NCBI RefSeq assembly: GCF_002113885.1
Contig: NW_018408079.1
Coordinates: forward strand, 380,767 to 444,766
Length of the DNA stretch: 64,000 nt
DNA from: Mizuhopecten yessoensis
Lineage: Eukaryota
Reading direction: 5' to 3'
The first letter of the stretch is position 1. Every line of letters starts with the position of its first letter. The notes beneath the pieces are model-generated. The model saw nothing but the letters and a program-made list of their open reading frames with translations, was not told the origin of the DNA and did not search any database. Positions 23,095 through 35,800 of this stretch are shown here, one piece after another. The position numbers and the translations under genes are program-made.

Positions 23095-23800
23095 AATGCA
23101 AATTTTATATGTAGGTTCCTCTTGGTCCTTAGCTGTGCAGGGCAACTTTTGAGACTGATCGGATAAACAACATGGCCCACAGGCAGCCGTCTTTGATTTT
23201 GATAGTGGAAGTTTGTTATCGCTATTTCTCAAGAAGTATCAGAGGGATCTTTCTCAAATTTTATATGTAGGTTCCTCTTAGTCCTTAGCTGTGCAGGGCA
23301 AGTTTTGAGACTGATCGGATAAATAACATGGCCGACAGGCAGCCGTCTTTGATTTTGATAGTGGAAGTTTGTTATCGCTCTTTCTCAAGAAGTATCAGAG
23401 GGATCTTTCTCAAATTTTCTATGTAGGTTCCTCTTAGTCCTTAGCTGTGCAGGGCAAGTTTTGAGACTGATCGGAGAAACAACATGGCCGACAGGCAGCC
23501 GTCTTGGATTTTGATTGTGAAAGTTTGTTATCGCTATTTCGCAAGAAGTACCAGAGGGATTTTTCTCAAATTTTATATGTAGGTTCCTCTTGGTCCTTAG
23601 CTGTGCTGGGCAACTTTTGAGACTGATCGGAGAAACAACATGGCCGACAGGCAGCCGTCTTGGATTTTGATTGTGAAAGTTTGTTATCGTTATTTCTCAA
23701 GAAGTATCAGAGGGATCTTTCTCAAATTTTCTATGTAGGTTCCTCTTAGTCCTTAGCTGTGCAGGGCAACTTTTGAAATTGATCGGATAAACAACATATC
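23095..23800. repeat. 156-bp satellite array (~4.5 copies)
   Basis: ATGTAGGTTCCTCTT at 23109, 23265, 23421, 23577 and 23733. Confidence 0.9.
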
Positions 23801-23993
23801 CGTTGATTTAGATATTAGACATCAAGTCAAAGTGAATGAAGTAAATAATAGATATCATAGATAGTAATGTATATACATAAAGAGAAATAGATTTTAACAT
23901 GAAAGCATTGATGGTAGTATTACACAATATTCAGAGAGAAGAATGATTACTGGGTAATGTATAATAATTAAATATGTAAACATCTACTCAAGC

Positions 23994-24630
23994 TTAATTA
24001 TCCTTAATTAGCTGGAATTGATCAATTATGTCTTGATCTGATATTACAATTTCACCAAGTTTGATATGGCTAAGGGGAGGTAAATCCATATCAGAATTGT
24101 TAATATTAACAGTATCATCAACAGAGTTGGAAATAGAAGTAAATACATTATTAATAGCTTCTGCTTTATCCAACGGATGAATCAAAATATCATTACCAAC
24201 TTAAAGAGGATGAGAAGTTTCTTTTTTATTGGAAAGACCACTTATGGACTTAGCAATACGCCACCACTTACTAGGTGGTATGGTCTTATCTACAAGAGAG
24301 TTTTGAAGTTTCCTAAGATATGTATCTTTAGCTTTTCTAATAAGGTCATTTACACTATTTCTCAAAATTCTAAATTTCTGCTAGTCATTTTCTTTATTAG
24401 TATGTTTTGCTATTTTATGTAATCTATTCTTTTTCCTTAATCGGGTTCTTATTTCATTAGTCATCCATGGTTTATCATTTGGCTTTATTCTTATTACTTT
24501 ACATGGAATATACTTTTCAGTAAGCAAGTTTATTTGATATATAAGTATACTATTTATCTCATTTACATTATCATTATGTCCAATTAATGTATTCCAATCA
24601 ATTGCTAGAAGACATCTATTTATTTCCTCC
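23994..24630 (-). mobile_element. Degenerate CR1/L2-type LINE ORF2 fragment
   Basis: Minus-strand YIPCKVIRIKPNDKPWMTNEIR and DKAEAINNVFTSIS motifs, typical of the region between endonuclease and RT. Confidence 0.7.
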
Positions 24631-24689
24631 TAAACGCCAAAGAGGAAAACGGAAAAGTATTTGAAACTAGCACCTCTGATTCTAAACAA

Positions 24690-25564
24690 GGAAAATGAAG
24701 AATTTTTATTTTAGCACAGACTCCATTGGGCCCCACCCTACAGCCCTTGGGGGTACGGATGGCTCAAAATTTACAAAGTATCAAACTGTCAACTTAGGGT
24801 TATAATTCCAATCAAGTTATCAACATGTAATATTCAAAGTATCATTTGCCATTATAAACCATAACAAATTTTGCCCCCCNNNNNNNNNNNNNNNNNNNNN
24901 NNNNNNNNNNNNNNNNNNNNNNNNNNNNNNTTGGTCCAAAATGTGATTTCCCTATATAAACTATAGTAAAGTTTACCCCCTCCCCAGGGGGAAACGTGAG
25001 ACCCCAGGGTCATGAAATTCACAATTTTGGTAAAGCACCTTAAGACCCTTCCATCTATGAAGAGTATTTGATTCTACCATATCTGGGTCTTGAGAAGAAG
25101 ATTTTTGAAATTTCAGTCAATTCGACCCTTTTTGGCCCCACCCATCAGCCCCGGGGGGTCAGTCAGGGCTGATATGTGCATACTATCAAACTGCTACCCA
25201 ATACTGATAATGCTAACCTTAATTGAATTACTTCCAATGGCAATTAAACAAATGTTGGTCCAAAATGTGATGAAGAGTATTTGATTCTACCATATCTGGA
25301 TCTTGAGAAGATTTTTGAAATTTTAGTAAATTTTACCCTTTTTGGCCACGCCCCTCAGGCCCCTGGGGGCTGGGGACCATATAATTCACAATTTTAGTTG
25401 ACCTTTGGCCATGGAAGGTTTCTGCAAAATTTCATTGAAATTGGTTTAGGGGTTTTGGAGAAGAAGTCGAAAATGTAAATTGTTTACGGACGCACGACGG
25501 ACGACGACGGACAAAAGGCGATCGCAATAGGTCACTTGAGACTTTGTCTCAGGTGACCTAAAAA
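24690..25564 (-). mobile_element. HINE-like element with satellite units, interrupted by an assembly gap
   Basis: GGACGACGACGGAC microsatellite and terminal hairpin AGGTCACTTGAGACTTTGTCTCAGGTGACCTAAAAA. Confidence 0.7.
24880..24930. other. Assembly gap
   Basis: Run of N. Confidence 1.
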
Positions 25565-26584
25565 TTGGAGAACAATTGTTTGAGTTATAGTGTAAACAAG
25601 CAAAAGTTAACGGCAAAAATGAAGTGCAGTGTTGCTATGTCAAGAAGTGTGATACGCCAAAACGCGGAAAGTTGAAACTTGACTGAAAAATCTGTAATAT
25701 ACATGTATGTTGAACATTATTGCTTCTAGCATTACCATACCAAATGGGAAAGGAATCGATGTGCCTTTATCTATGTGTAATTTTCGCTTTCTTATTGAAA
25801 ATAAAGTCATTTCTTTCTCATTGATAAAAAATTAAACAGTAGATTTTGAATGAACAGATGACGCACCTTGGCTTACATGCTCACTTGCCTTTCGTTATCA
25901 CTATTACCACGGAATTATCTAAGTCCGTGCTATTACTCAAGAACTACATATACTTGACAAGATCTTCATTTGAAAGGACAATGTTGAAGCCAGTTAATTT
26001 GAAGTATTAATCCAAAGTTACCACTATATGCATTTACTGTGGACAAGCTTATAAGACTTTCAATGCAATAGATAACAGATCAAACTTACACAAAACTGAT
26101 TAAGAAATAGGCAAAATGAATCAACAAAAAGCTTCTTTTACATAGTAAATATTAATATGAAATTTGAGAACGATCTGTCAGATATACTAATTGAGAAATA
26201 GCAATAACAAACTTTTAACAGTCAAAATCCCAGATGGCTGCCTGGCAGTCATCTTGTGTGTCCAGATAGTCAAAACCTGTTCAGCAATCCTTGACAAGAA
26301 GTCTATTGAATTCAAATTTATGAGGGATACCATACATTATGCCATGCCATAAGCTCAGCAGGGCCTTCAGGCCAGGTAAGGTATTATATAATACCAGATA
26401 AGCTTTCCAAGTACAAAGGAGCTGTTCCCATATACAAACGACAAGTAAAAAAACAAAGACACCTGGATGAATTTATTAAAATATTGATAGTTGTTGTTAA
26501 TGAATATACATCAAGCACTTCATTGAATATACAATGATTTCTTGGACGTCCAAACCATATGAAAACATTAACGTGTACTTTGAA

Positions 26585-28756
26585 TTACTCTAATCCATCT
26601 TTCTTACGCATTTCTTTGCCATTTAATATAGCCTGTTTGAAAAGCCTGCAATAGAGTGCAATGGCTTGTAATGAGTCATCGTTTCCTGGAACAGGGTAAC
26701 AGATAAGCCTAGGATCAGTGTTGGTGTCCACTATTCCTACGGTAGGAATCAGCATCTTTGCGGTCTCGACAACGGCAGTATGTTGCTCAAACACGCTGTT
26801 TAAAGTACTGAGAAAAATGCAGGTGTCCGGGAGCCGTGTGACGGAGCCAAACTGCTGTGTAGCATTGGTGAAGATTCCTCCCCGCCAGTACCTACAGTGA
26901 CTGTACTCTCCGGCTTCCTCTGCTGTTTTCTCAACAAGGGGTATACTTTGCACATTTCTGCTGATAAACAAAATAACACCTCCCCTGTAGGCTATATGTG
27001 CTAGAAAATTTAATGCCAATTGCATGTGTTCGACTGTCTGTCCAAGATCCAGAATATCCACTCCTATCCTATTACCGTAAATATATGGCGACATGTACTC
27101 ATTACGAACTCCAGTTTTGTGGCCTAAATGAGCACAAGTTTCGAAGAGGTCCTCAACTTTGACCAAGTCTTTCACTTGAAAATAATCATCGTGCGTTAAT
27201 GCATTTTGCAGTTTTCTTTCTGAAAAAAGCAAGAAGTATATACATATACATACCTTTAATTTAAACTTTTAAAAGTAAAACTTCAGCAAAAATTAGAAGT
27301 GTTCATGAACTTATAATTATCATCTGGGAGGCACTTTTTCAGAGGCTCCATCACTAATCTACATGTACATGTATTAAAACAGATTGAAAACAAGGAAGGG
27401 TAGGTCTTCTCCACTATCAGTTTTGACGAAATTGATGGCAGTATGCGAAGTTGGCGGTACAACGGGTGGCGATGCATCAAGATTATACTGTATATAAATA
27501 TACATGCAGGTTACATTGGCATTCAAACATAAGTGATACAAACATTCAGATTTGAAGATTTCTCATTTACCAGCACTTACAAATCCACATGTGTAAGAGG
27601 TGAATTGGTTTATACATTTATAAATGTATAAGTGGTTGGGCAATTGGTTTAAACTCATATATCCATTTATTCTACAAAAATTGATAGTTAGCACACATTA
27701 CAAGGTGATAGTATTAAATAACATTTGGAAAGTTATGATTGTTTTATGTTGCCCACGGCTTTAGAATTAATACAATCTAACCATCAAATAGCATGTTCAC
27801 ATCCTTTCAGGAAAGCTGAATTGATGGGACCCCCAACATAGAGAATAGATTTTTTTATTTCATTGTTATTAATGACATGAAAAATAAACAATTTGACCAT
27901 AAAAGGCCCCTGAATCTATTACTAAAGAGCTAGCTAGGGGTAATTGAATATGAATATGAACCGGAAATCTATGAACATTTTTGTGGATGTTTTTCCTTTC
28001 AATATATAAGATTCATCAGTTTTGAAATATGTTAATATGAAAGTTTTACTTTATAAACAAACAATGTACAGCAACATATTAAACTTGCGGCAACGTTTCA
28101 AGACTGACTAACCCCTTTGTCAAGCTATGGCGTGCAACAGGTTTAATATGTACATTGTCTATAAATTAAAACTTTAATATATTTATTCTTTTCTTTGTTT
28201 TCCATTCCAATCATTCACTCTCGGTCCTTGTGTTATTTGTGTATTAAACTTACCGTGGTTATCTAGATATAGTGTTTCATTCTGCCGGTTTTCCTCGACA
28301 GTTTTGTACTGTATGCTCCTGGTCTGGCAAGTGATTGGAGAGTTACTTGAAAATTCAATCACCCTCCTTCTGACAAGTGTGTGCACTGGACAGCTAGCAG
28401 CATGGATGCCTAGTATTGAAAGAAAATGTTGAAAGTTGCGACAGTACAATGTAGGATACATATAGCAAATCTGGCTATATAACGATACCTGAACAAGGCT
28501 GACAACAGCACCAGCAAATCTGGCTATATAGCTAGATTTGCCGGTGCTCCAGTACCTAAACAAGTTTAATTAGAGTATTATTGTCATCTTATGATCTAAG
28601 CTATAGCGGTGTTTGTTCACACTTCAAACTGAATATATTTGACATTATCAGTCTATTGGTCTTCTGTCCGAAAGAAAAACTTAAAAACGTACTTGATAAT
28701 TTGCGGAAAAGTCCATTTTTAGCAAAAGTCACGACTTTGCCTCTGACCGCAGCCAT
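26585..28756 (-). CDS. MRPS2: Mitochondrial ribosomal protein S2 (uS2m), 284 aa, 3 exons
   Basis: Exons 28756-28693, 28409-28254, 27219-26585 with phase-1 joins. Basic N-terminal presequence MAAVRGKVVTFAKNGLFRKLSS; uS2 motifs AHLGH, YWRGGIFTN, IPTVGIVDTN, YPVPGNDDS. Confidence 0.95.
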
Positions 28757-29494
28757 GTTGTTTGCACACCGGATGTACAATTTTCAAGGGGCGCATTCGT
28801 TTCGCTCCAACAACTGAAGTTGGGCGGCGAAATATTAAAGAATATTGTTTCGTACTTAGACTTTGACGTTTCGGTATTTTTTGTGAAGCTTGAGAATCTT
28901 GAAATACAAAATCAGCAATACACAGAACAGAGAAAGCAAACAAAGAGTACCGAAACGTCTATATCCCTTGTTAGCTATATTGTACCTCAGACACTGACGG
29001 ATCAAAAGATTTTTGAATGATCACTTAATTCAAATTTACAGCAGATCCAGGTCAAGTGAATCTCCCGTTTGAGAGTAGAACGAAAAAAAATATTTTGGAG
29101 ATATCCAACAAATTGCATGGTTTCCTCAATAGGGATAATGTTAGGCTAATCAGAGACCACAGAACACGGAATGTAATATACGTCTCCGTGCTCAGACGTA
29201 CGCAAAATATTGGTGTGTTTTACCCTAATATCATGCATTTTGTCATTTCACATTGAGTTTTTACGAAGCCAATTGAAACATTATTGAAATTTGTTGAATA
29301 TGGTTCTCGTATTATTTTCAAACACTTCTGTCGGCGAGTCGTTTTAAGTTATATAAATTCAGATGAAATGATGTTTTGGGTGCCATATAACGTTACTGTT
29401 TAACTGACTTACCAAATTTTAATTCCGAGAATACTTGTTATGTACCTTGCAAATCATCCCATAGAGTAATAAAATAAAATTGAAAAATGGATCG

Positions 29495-29785
29495 GAAGAG
29501 CGTCGGTTTGGATTTCGGAAGGTCCCGGGTTCAGTACATGTGTATTTTGATAGAAAGAAAATAGTGTTAACAACTCTTCATAGCCTCCTCGTCAACATGT
29601 CCAAGAGAGTCGGTCTGGAGTTCGGAAGGTCCCGGGTTCGAACCCCGGTCTGACCGTGCATTTTACCGCTCCAATAACAGTATATTCGAACGCTTGATAC
29701 GCCTTAAGCACCCAGCGCATGTGTATTTTGATAGAAAGAAAATAGTGTAAACAACTCTTCATAGCCTCCTCGTCAACATGTCCAA
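29495..29785 (+). repeat. Local duplication with tRNA-SINE heads
   Basis: A ~68-bp block is repeated at 29536-29603 and 29718-29785, interleaved with GGAAGGTCCCGGGTTC B-box heads. The same SINE head occurs inverted at ~43290-43356. Confidence 0.7.
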
Positions 29786-31504
29786 TGGTGACATTTTAAA
29801 CCTGAAGTTTGACCGGAACTCTATCTCATTGACCTTTTTAAAAAGAGGCCTATTTCACAACGTCGAGATACGCAATTTGTGAATCTTTGCAAATACGTAC
29901 ACGCCAATCTATGATGATATTTGTTTGATGTTGAGACATGGAGCTCTTATCCTGGAGTCAGAGGGCATGCCGTGATGACTGAAATATAATTTCTTTGAAT
30001 GATTTGGGGTTCGAATATGAACAGTCTGGGTTTAACATTTGTCTGCTCCAACATTTTCCAGCATAGTTACTGTAGGGTTTGCTGCCACGATTTGGCCCGT
30101 ATTCATGAAACCGTTATCATGTCCACACTCAGAATCTGCGCTCAAGCACGATTTCTTGTTCTGGTGATTATCTGTTGGTTAATATCGTTTTTAATGTTTA
30201 CAATTGAAGTTTTGACCGTATAACATGAATTAAACGAGTTACAAGAAAGTTAGTTTGCACACAAAATCTATATTTGAACACGAAAACGGTTTTTGCACAG
30301 ATTGATTCTCGTCCTAGAATCTCATCTCTAAATTCTAACAGAGGCTGACGACGAGATCTGGAATAAAATTACATGCCGAGAGTGGCGCTCAGACGTGTCT
30401 TTAGACATTGGCGATGTCTTCGTTGTGGGAATATCGATGCATTGCCTTCACAATTGCTTACGTATTCGGCTCCAGGAAAGATAACTGTGACCGCCACTAT
30501 GCACTTGTCTGTAACTCTCTCAAATGGTGTCCATAGAGACTAAGAGGTTTCTCCGATTTCCCAGGTTGATTGTGATATGCTATACACCCTTTCACAGCTT
30601 CAACCGCCTCATATCTCCTGGATATGTAGATCGTTCTGTGTTTCTTTTGTGTCGGATTGTAGCTCGCGGAGATGGACTTGTCATCTTTTTTTCTAGATGA
30701 CAGACATTCGGAGCGGTTCGAAATGTCCCTAGAAGGCTGGAGCGAACTGTTGCCAATTCCTTCCAAAGTCTCGTCAGGATGTAATCGGGGCCAGCGGCTA
30801 TGTTATGTGACTAGGCAGGATCTAATTCCTGGGGTGGTGACTTGTATATCTCGCGCAGTATTTCTGGTGTTCCTTGTTTTTATACATACTACACAATTCG
30901 TCGGCGTATTAATTATACAGGACGAGAACGAATGATATAGAAGACACTTAAGAATTCAGTTTATATAAAAAGCGAGAAAGACCTTGACTGATAATGCAGA
31001 AACTAAGCGGTGCTGATGTACGGTCGTTTGTAAATAAAATCAAAACCTGACAGCAGTCGAAAAGTGACGATCATCTTTTTCCTTTTCTAATCAAATTTAT
31101 CCAAATGTGCGTACAATGAAGGACTTTGTAGTAAGGAGACATTCCTTTATACTTGAATGATATTTTGAGATAATCCGTTTTGTGTTTTATTTGTGCAAGG
31201 CTAACTATGCATACGATATGTAAATCTTCTTTAACAAGTATCTATATTTCGTAATTTAATATATATATATATACAGGCATTCCGTTTAACGCAAGGAAAG
31301 ACAGTTTCAATGACATTGCAAACATTTTGAATTGGATATCACAGATTGATATTTATATATTACTAAATTCCAAAATCCAATGAGCTTGTTGGAAACCTCC
31401 TGTTTTCTCATAGCAGTTCTTCAGTTTTAATATTAGCCTTCACGTTCTTTGTTCCATTTTTTCCAAAATTCATTGACATTGCTTCTCCTTGTATTTACCT
31501 TAAT

Positions 31505-31928
31505 TGGTTTTGTTTGGTATTCATATTGTTTAACGTCCTATCAATAGCAAAGGTCATTTAAGGACGTGCCTCCATGTGTGTTGTTAAGCGTGCATGTGTG
31601 TATACATAAAGTCGGTATATCCTGTCTTCGGCGCACAAATATGTGTGCCGAAGACAGTGTATGTTGGGGTACTTGTCTCGTTGCGATAGCCCGGGTCTGA
31701 TGCCGACTTTATAGTGCTATCTTACTGAAGTATCATGCCGAAGACACCCACATGCCGAAGGCACCCAGCAAAGCATTCCGCCCGGTCGCATGTTGCCATA
31801 ACCCAAATGCAGAACGTTAAGCAGGGAATAATAACAACCATTCTAAGGACTTTGGTATGTCAAGGCCTGGGGGACAGAATCCTATGCCTTCCTCACCTGG
31901 ACGAACGTTTAACATTAAAGCCAAAAGT
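31505..31928 (-). mobile_element. tRNA-derived SINE with LINE-like 3' tail
   Basis: Minus-strand degenerate A/B boxes; CAGTAAGATAGCACTATAAAG core; tail GTCCTTAAATGACC...GGACGTTAAAC followed by an AAC-rich end. Confidence 0.75.
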
Positions 31929-32479
31929 GAGGTGTTGCCAAGAAAGGCGCTAGGAAATAAAATATAGTTAGAAGTAGAAAGAATTAGAAAGATACCAAAC
32001 ATTGCAATGGGCGCAACAGATTTATTTTGGTCGCTTTTGTGTCCCATAATAGGGGATACAAAGCAAATCACCTGCAGGGGGTTCCCACACTAGCCGCCTC
32101 TTACGATACATGCAGTGGGTAAGGTCACGATAAACTTACCTATTTAAGTCAAGTAAAGCAGCGGTGCGCCTTATGTTGTATCAAAGGACGAACCTGAGCA
32201 ACAGCAATGTATCAGGATGCAAAAAAAAAAAAAAAATAAAAAAAACACCCACTAGTCTGCTATACACCAATAACGCAAAAGGAACATAGTATACGCCATA
32301 CGACGCAACGTGATATGACATACATAAATGTACATCGATTGACGCAGAAGTAATGCGTCTAAAATGTATATGTTTCGGATATACTTTAGATATCCTGTTC
32401 TGCAGGAGTTTTGTTTTTAATCGATCTGTATGGTTAACCCTGATGTTCAAAATATGCAATTAAGAACCATAATTTATAT

Positions 32480-32519
<40 letters not shown>

Positions 32520-32857
32520 TGTCGACGCATAAAATAACATATGTATAAAGTTTGGTGACGGTAAATGTGACGTCATAGAGTTCCGTACTTGTACATTAAA
32601 CGTCGAAGGAGGTTAAGTTATGTGTCTTCGATAAAATTACATCATGTTATGGCGTCCGACCTCAAATGGTAATGTGAATGATGTCGAAACGCACAACAAA
32701 GATGTGTCTTCGGAAAAAAATGACATAATGCTTAGGCCTATGTCTAATGCCAGAACATGTCTGACGCCACCTACACTGTTATACATATTGTTTAAAAAAT
32801 ATAGTTTGTATGGTATGATCCTTTTTTATGACAGATTTGATATATCAGTATAGCTGT

Positions 32858-35800
32858 TTACTTTGCCGAGAATGGCATGTCAGAATTCTCCGAACTCTTG
32901 GCCGAAATCCTTTCCAGACACATCGGTCGTTTGTTTTGTGACACGTCCCGTATCAGATTGATGAAAACGCTATATTCATCCGCGTAGTTGTACACGTTAG
33001 CGGACAGTCGGACAAACAGACTGTCAAGGACACAGAACAGCTGTACTTGAATATCGTGTTCATAGAAAAGGTCGTCCATCAATCGGTACGCCTCGGCCTG
33101 TAACAGAAAAAAACATAATCGCAATTAGTTGTCCATCAGGTTAGCAACCCAACATCATTACGGCAGAGACGTATAATATGGTATACGTCTCTGACTACGG
33201 TAAGTCGTCCACAACACAACACTACTGATATAAAACAGATCGTCCCACCTACAACACATTATCACTGATACAAAACAGATCGTCTCACCTACAACACATT
33301 ATCACTGACACAAAACAGATCGTCCCACCTACAACACATTATCACTGATACAAAACAGATCGTCCCTCCTACAACACATTATCACCGATACAAAACAGGT
33401 CGCCTCGCCTACAACACATTATTACTGATACAAAACAGATCGTCTTGCCTACATCATTTTATTACTGATAAAAAGTCAAAACAGATCGTCCAACCTACAA
33501 CACATTATCACCGATACAAAACAGGTCGCCTCGCCTACAACACATTATCACTGATACAAAACAGATCGTCCCCCCTACAACACATTATCACCGATACAAA
33601 ACAGGTCGCCTCGCCTACAACACATTATCACTGACACAAAACAGATCGTCCCACCTACAACACATTATCACTGACACAAAACAGATCGTGCCACCTACAA
33701 CACATTATCACTGACACAAAACAGATCGTCTTGCCTACATCATTTTATTACTGATAAAAAGTCAAAACAGATCGTCCAACCTACAACACATTATCACCGA
33801 TACAAAACAGGTCGCCTCGCCTACAACACATTATTACTGATACAAAACAGATCGTCTTGCCTACATCATTTTATTACTGATAGAAAGTCAAAACAGATCG
33901 TCCAACCTACAACACATTATCACTAATACAGAACAAATCGTCACACCTACAACACATTATCACTGATACAGAACAAATCGTCACACCTACAACACATTAT
34001 CACCGATAAAAACGGGTCGTCTTGCCTACAACACATTATCACTGATACAAAACAGATCGCCTCGCCTACAATACATTATCACTAATACAAAACAGATCGC
34101 CTCGCCTACAACACATTATCACCGATACAAAGCAGGTCGCCTCGCCTACAACACATTATTACTGATACAAAACAGATCATCTTGCCTACATCATTTTATT
34201 ACTGATAAAAAGTCAAAACAGATCGTCCCACCTACAACACATTATCACCGATACAAAACGGGTCATCTTGCCTACAACACATTATCACCGATACAAAACG
34301 GGTCGTCTTGCCTACAACACATTACCACTAATACAAAACAGGACGCCTCGCCTACAACACATTATCACTAATACAAACAGATCGCCCCGCCTACAACACA
34401 TTATTACTGATACAAAACAGGTCGTCTTGCCAACAACACATTATCACTAATACAAACCAGATCGCCTCGCCTACAACACATTACCACTAATACAAAACAG
34501 AGCGCCTCGCCTACAACACATTATCACTAATACAAAACAGTGCGCCTCGCCTACAACACATTACCACTAATACAAAACAGAGCGCCTCGCCTACAGCACA
34601 TTACCACTAATACAAACCAGATCGCCCCACCTACAACACATTATCACTAATACAAAACAGGTCGCTCCGCCTACAACACATTATCACTGATACAAAACAG
34701 ATCGCCTCGCCTACAACACATTATCACTGATACAAAACAGATCACCCCACCAACAACACAGTATCACTAATACAAAACAGGTCGCCTTGCTTACAACACA
34801 TTATCACTGATACAAAACAGGTTGCACTGCCTACAACACAAAATTACAAATGAGGTCGTCTGACCAAAATGCTTTACTGGGGTACTTTTCAAATAACACA
34901 GGTTTTTGAAGTTCCTACAGTAAATTGAATTACATGTGTATGCAACAAATTAAAGTGAGTTTTTTTTTGCGGTGGACGTGTACACGCTTTATCCTGATGC
35001 AGGCGCTATGATCCGATGATATTGCATTAAGCTTTATTCACCTGTGCATACAACTACAGTTCCCAAACATGTACGTACTGTCGTGATGTCATAGCCGTCC
35101 ATTTTCGGCAGCCTGACCATTCTCAAACATGGGGCTTCCATGTCCCGGGGGATGGGAAGTTTATCCGTACCCCATTCCGTCACCATCCGCTCAGTCAGGA
35201 TGTCCAGGAGAGAGGAATTGTGCCCAGTTATTGCAGTCTGGGGAAATATATAACAGAATCATGATATATATGGTCAAACACATATAGAATGTAGGCGAGA
35301 CTGTAATATATACATATTTCCAAACACATACGAAACTTGTACATACAAGTACATTGTGTGTATGAAACATTGGGAAAGGACTAGGGGCGTTAAAGGTCAT
35401 TTCGGCTTCACCGGGGATTATGAATTAAATGTTACATTCGTAATCTGGAATAATTGAAGTATGCAAAATGAAATTAATTCGACAACTGGTCTAGGAGATA
35501 TAGCATCACAAAGAGAGAATTAAACCTGCATTTGTGTGAATATCGTCTGTTATGCGCTATTTGGTTGGAAAATATGCCATTTTGAAGGAAATTAACTGAT
35601 CACTCTTCAATATTTGAAAGCCTCCGCATACAACAAAAAAACATAACGTTTGACATGCTTAAACATTTTTATACCAGTGTTCATTCGCTGAAAGAAATTT
35701 TTATTTGTCACATGCGGAGGCTTTCATTTCTGCATACTCACTGTCCGAAAACATCATATATTGGCTATTTCTGCATAGCAACGCAACTTCGTTGCTATTG

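Noticed and set aside
30497-30935. GC-richer stretch with 87-89-aa ORFs on both strands
   Set aside because: No recognisable domain or consistent exon structure. It could be UTR or lncRNA, but I cannot support that.
32858-32870. Possible peroxisomal PTS1 on the lyase (ends ...FSAK)
   Set aside because: SAK does not fit the (S/A/C)(K/R/H)(L/M) consensus.
33215-34840. CRISPR-like regular repeats (also 21425-21750, 57470-57955, 62293-62730)
   Set aside because: Contiguous tandem units with no unique spacers, no cas genes, and a eukaryotic intronic or intergenic context.
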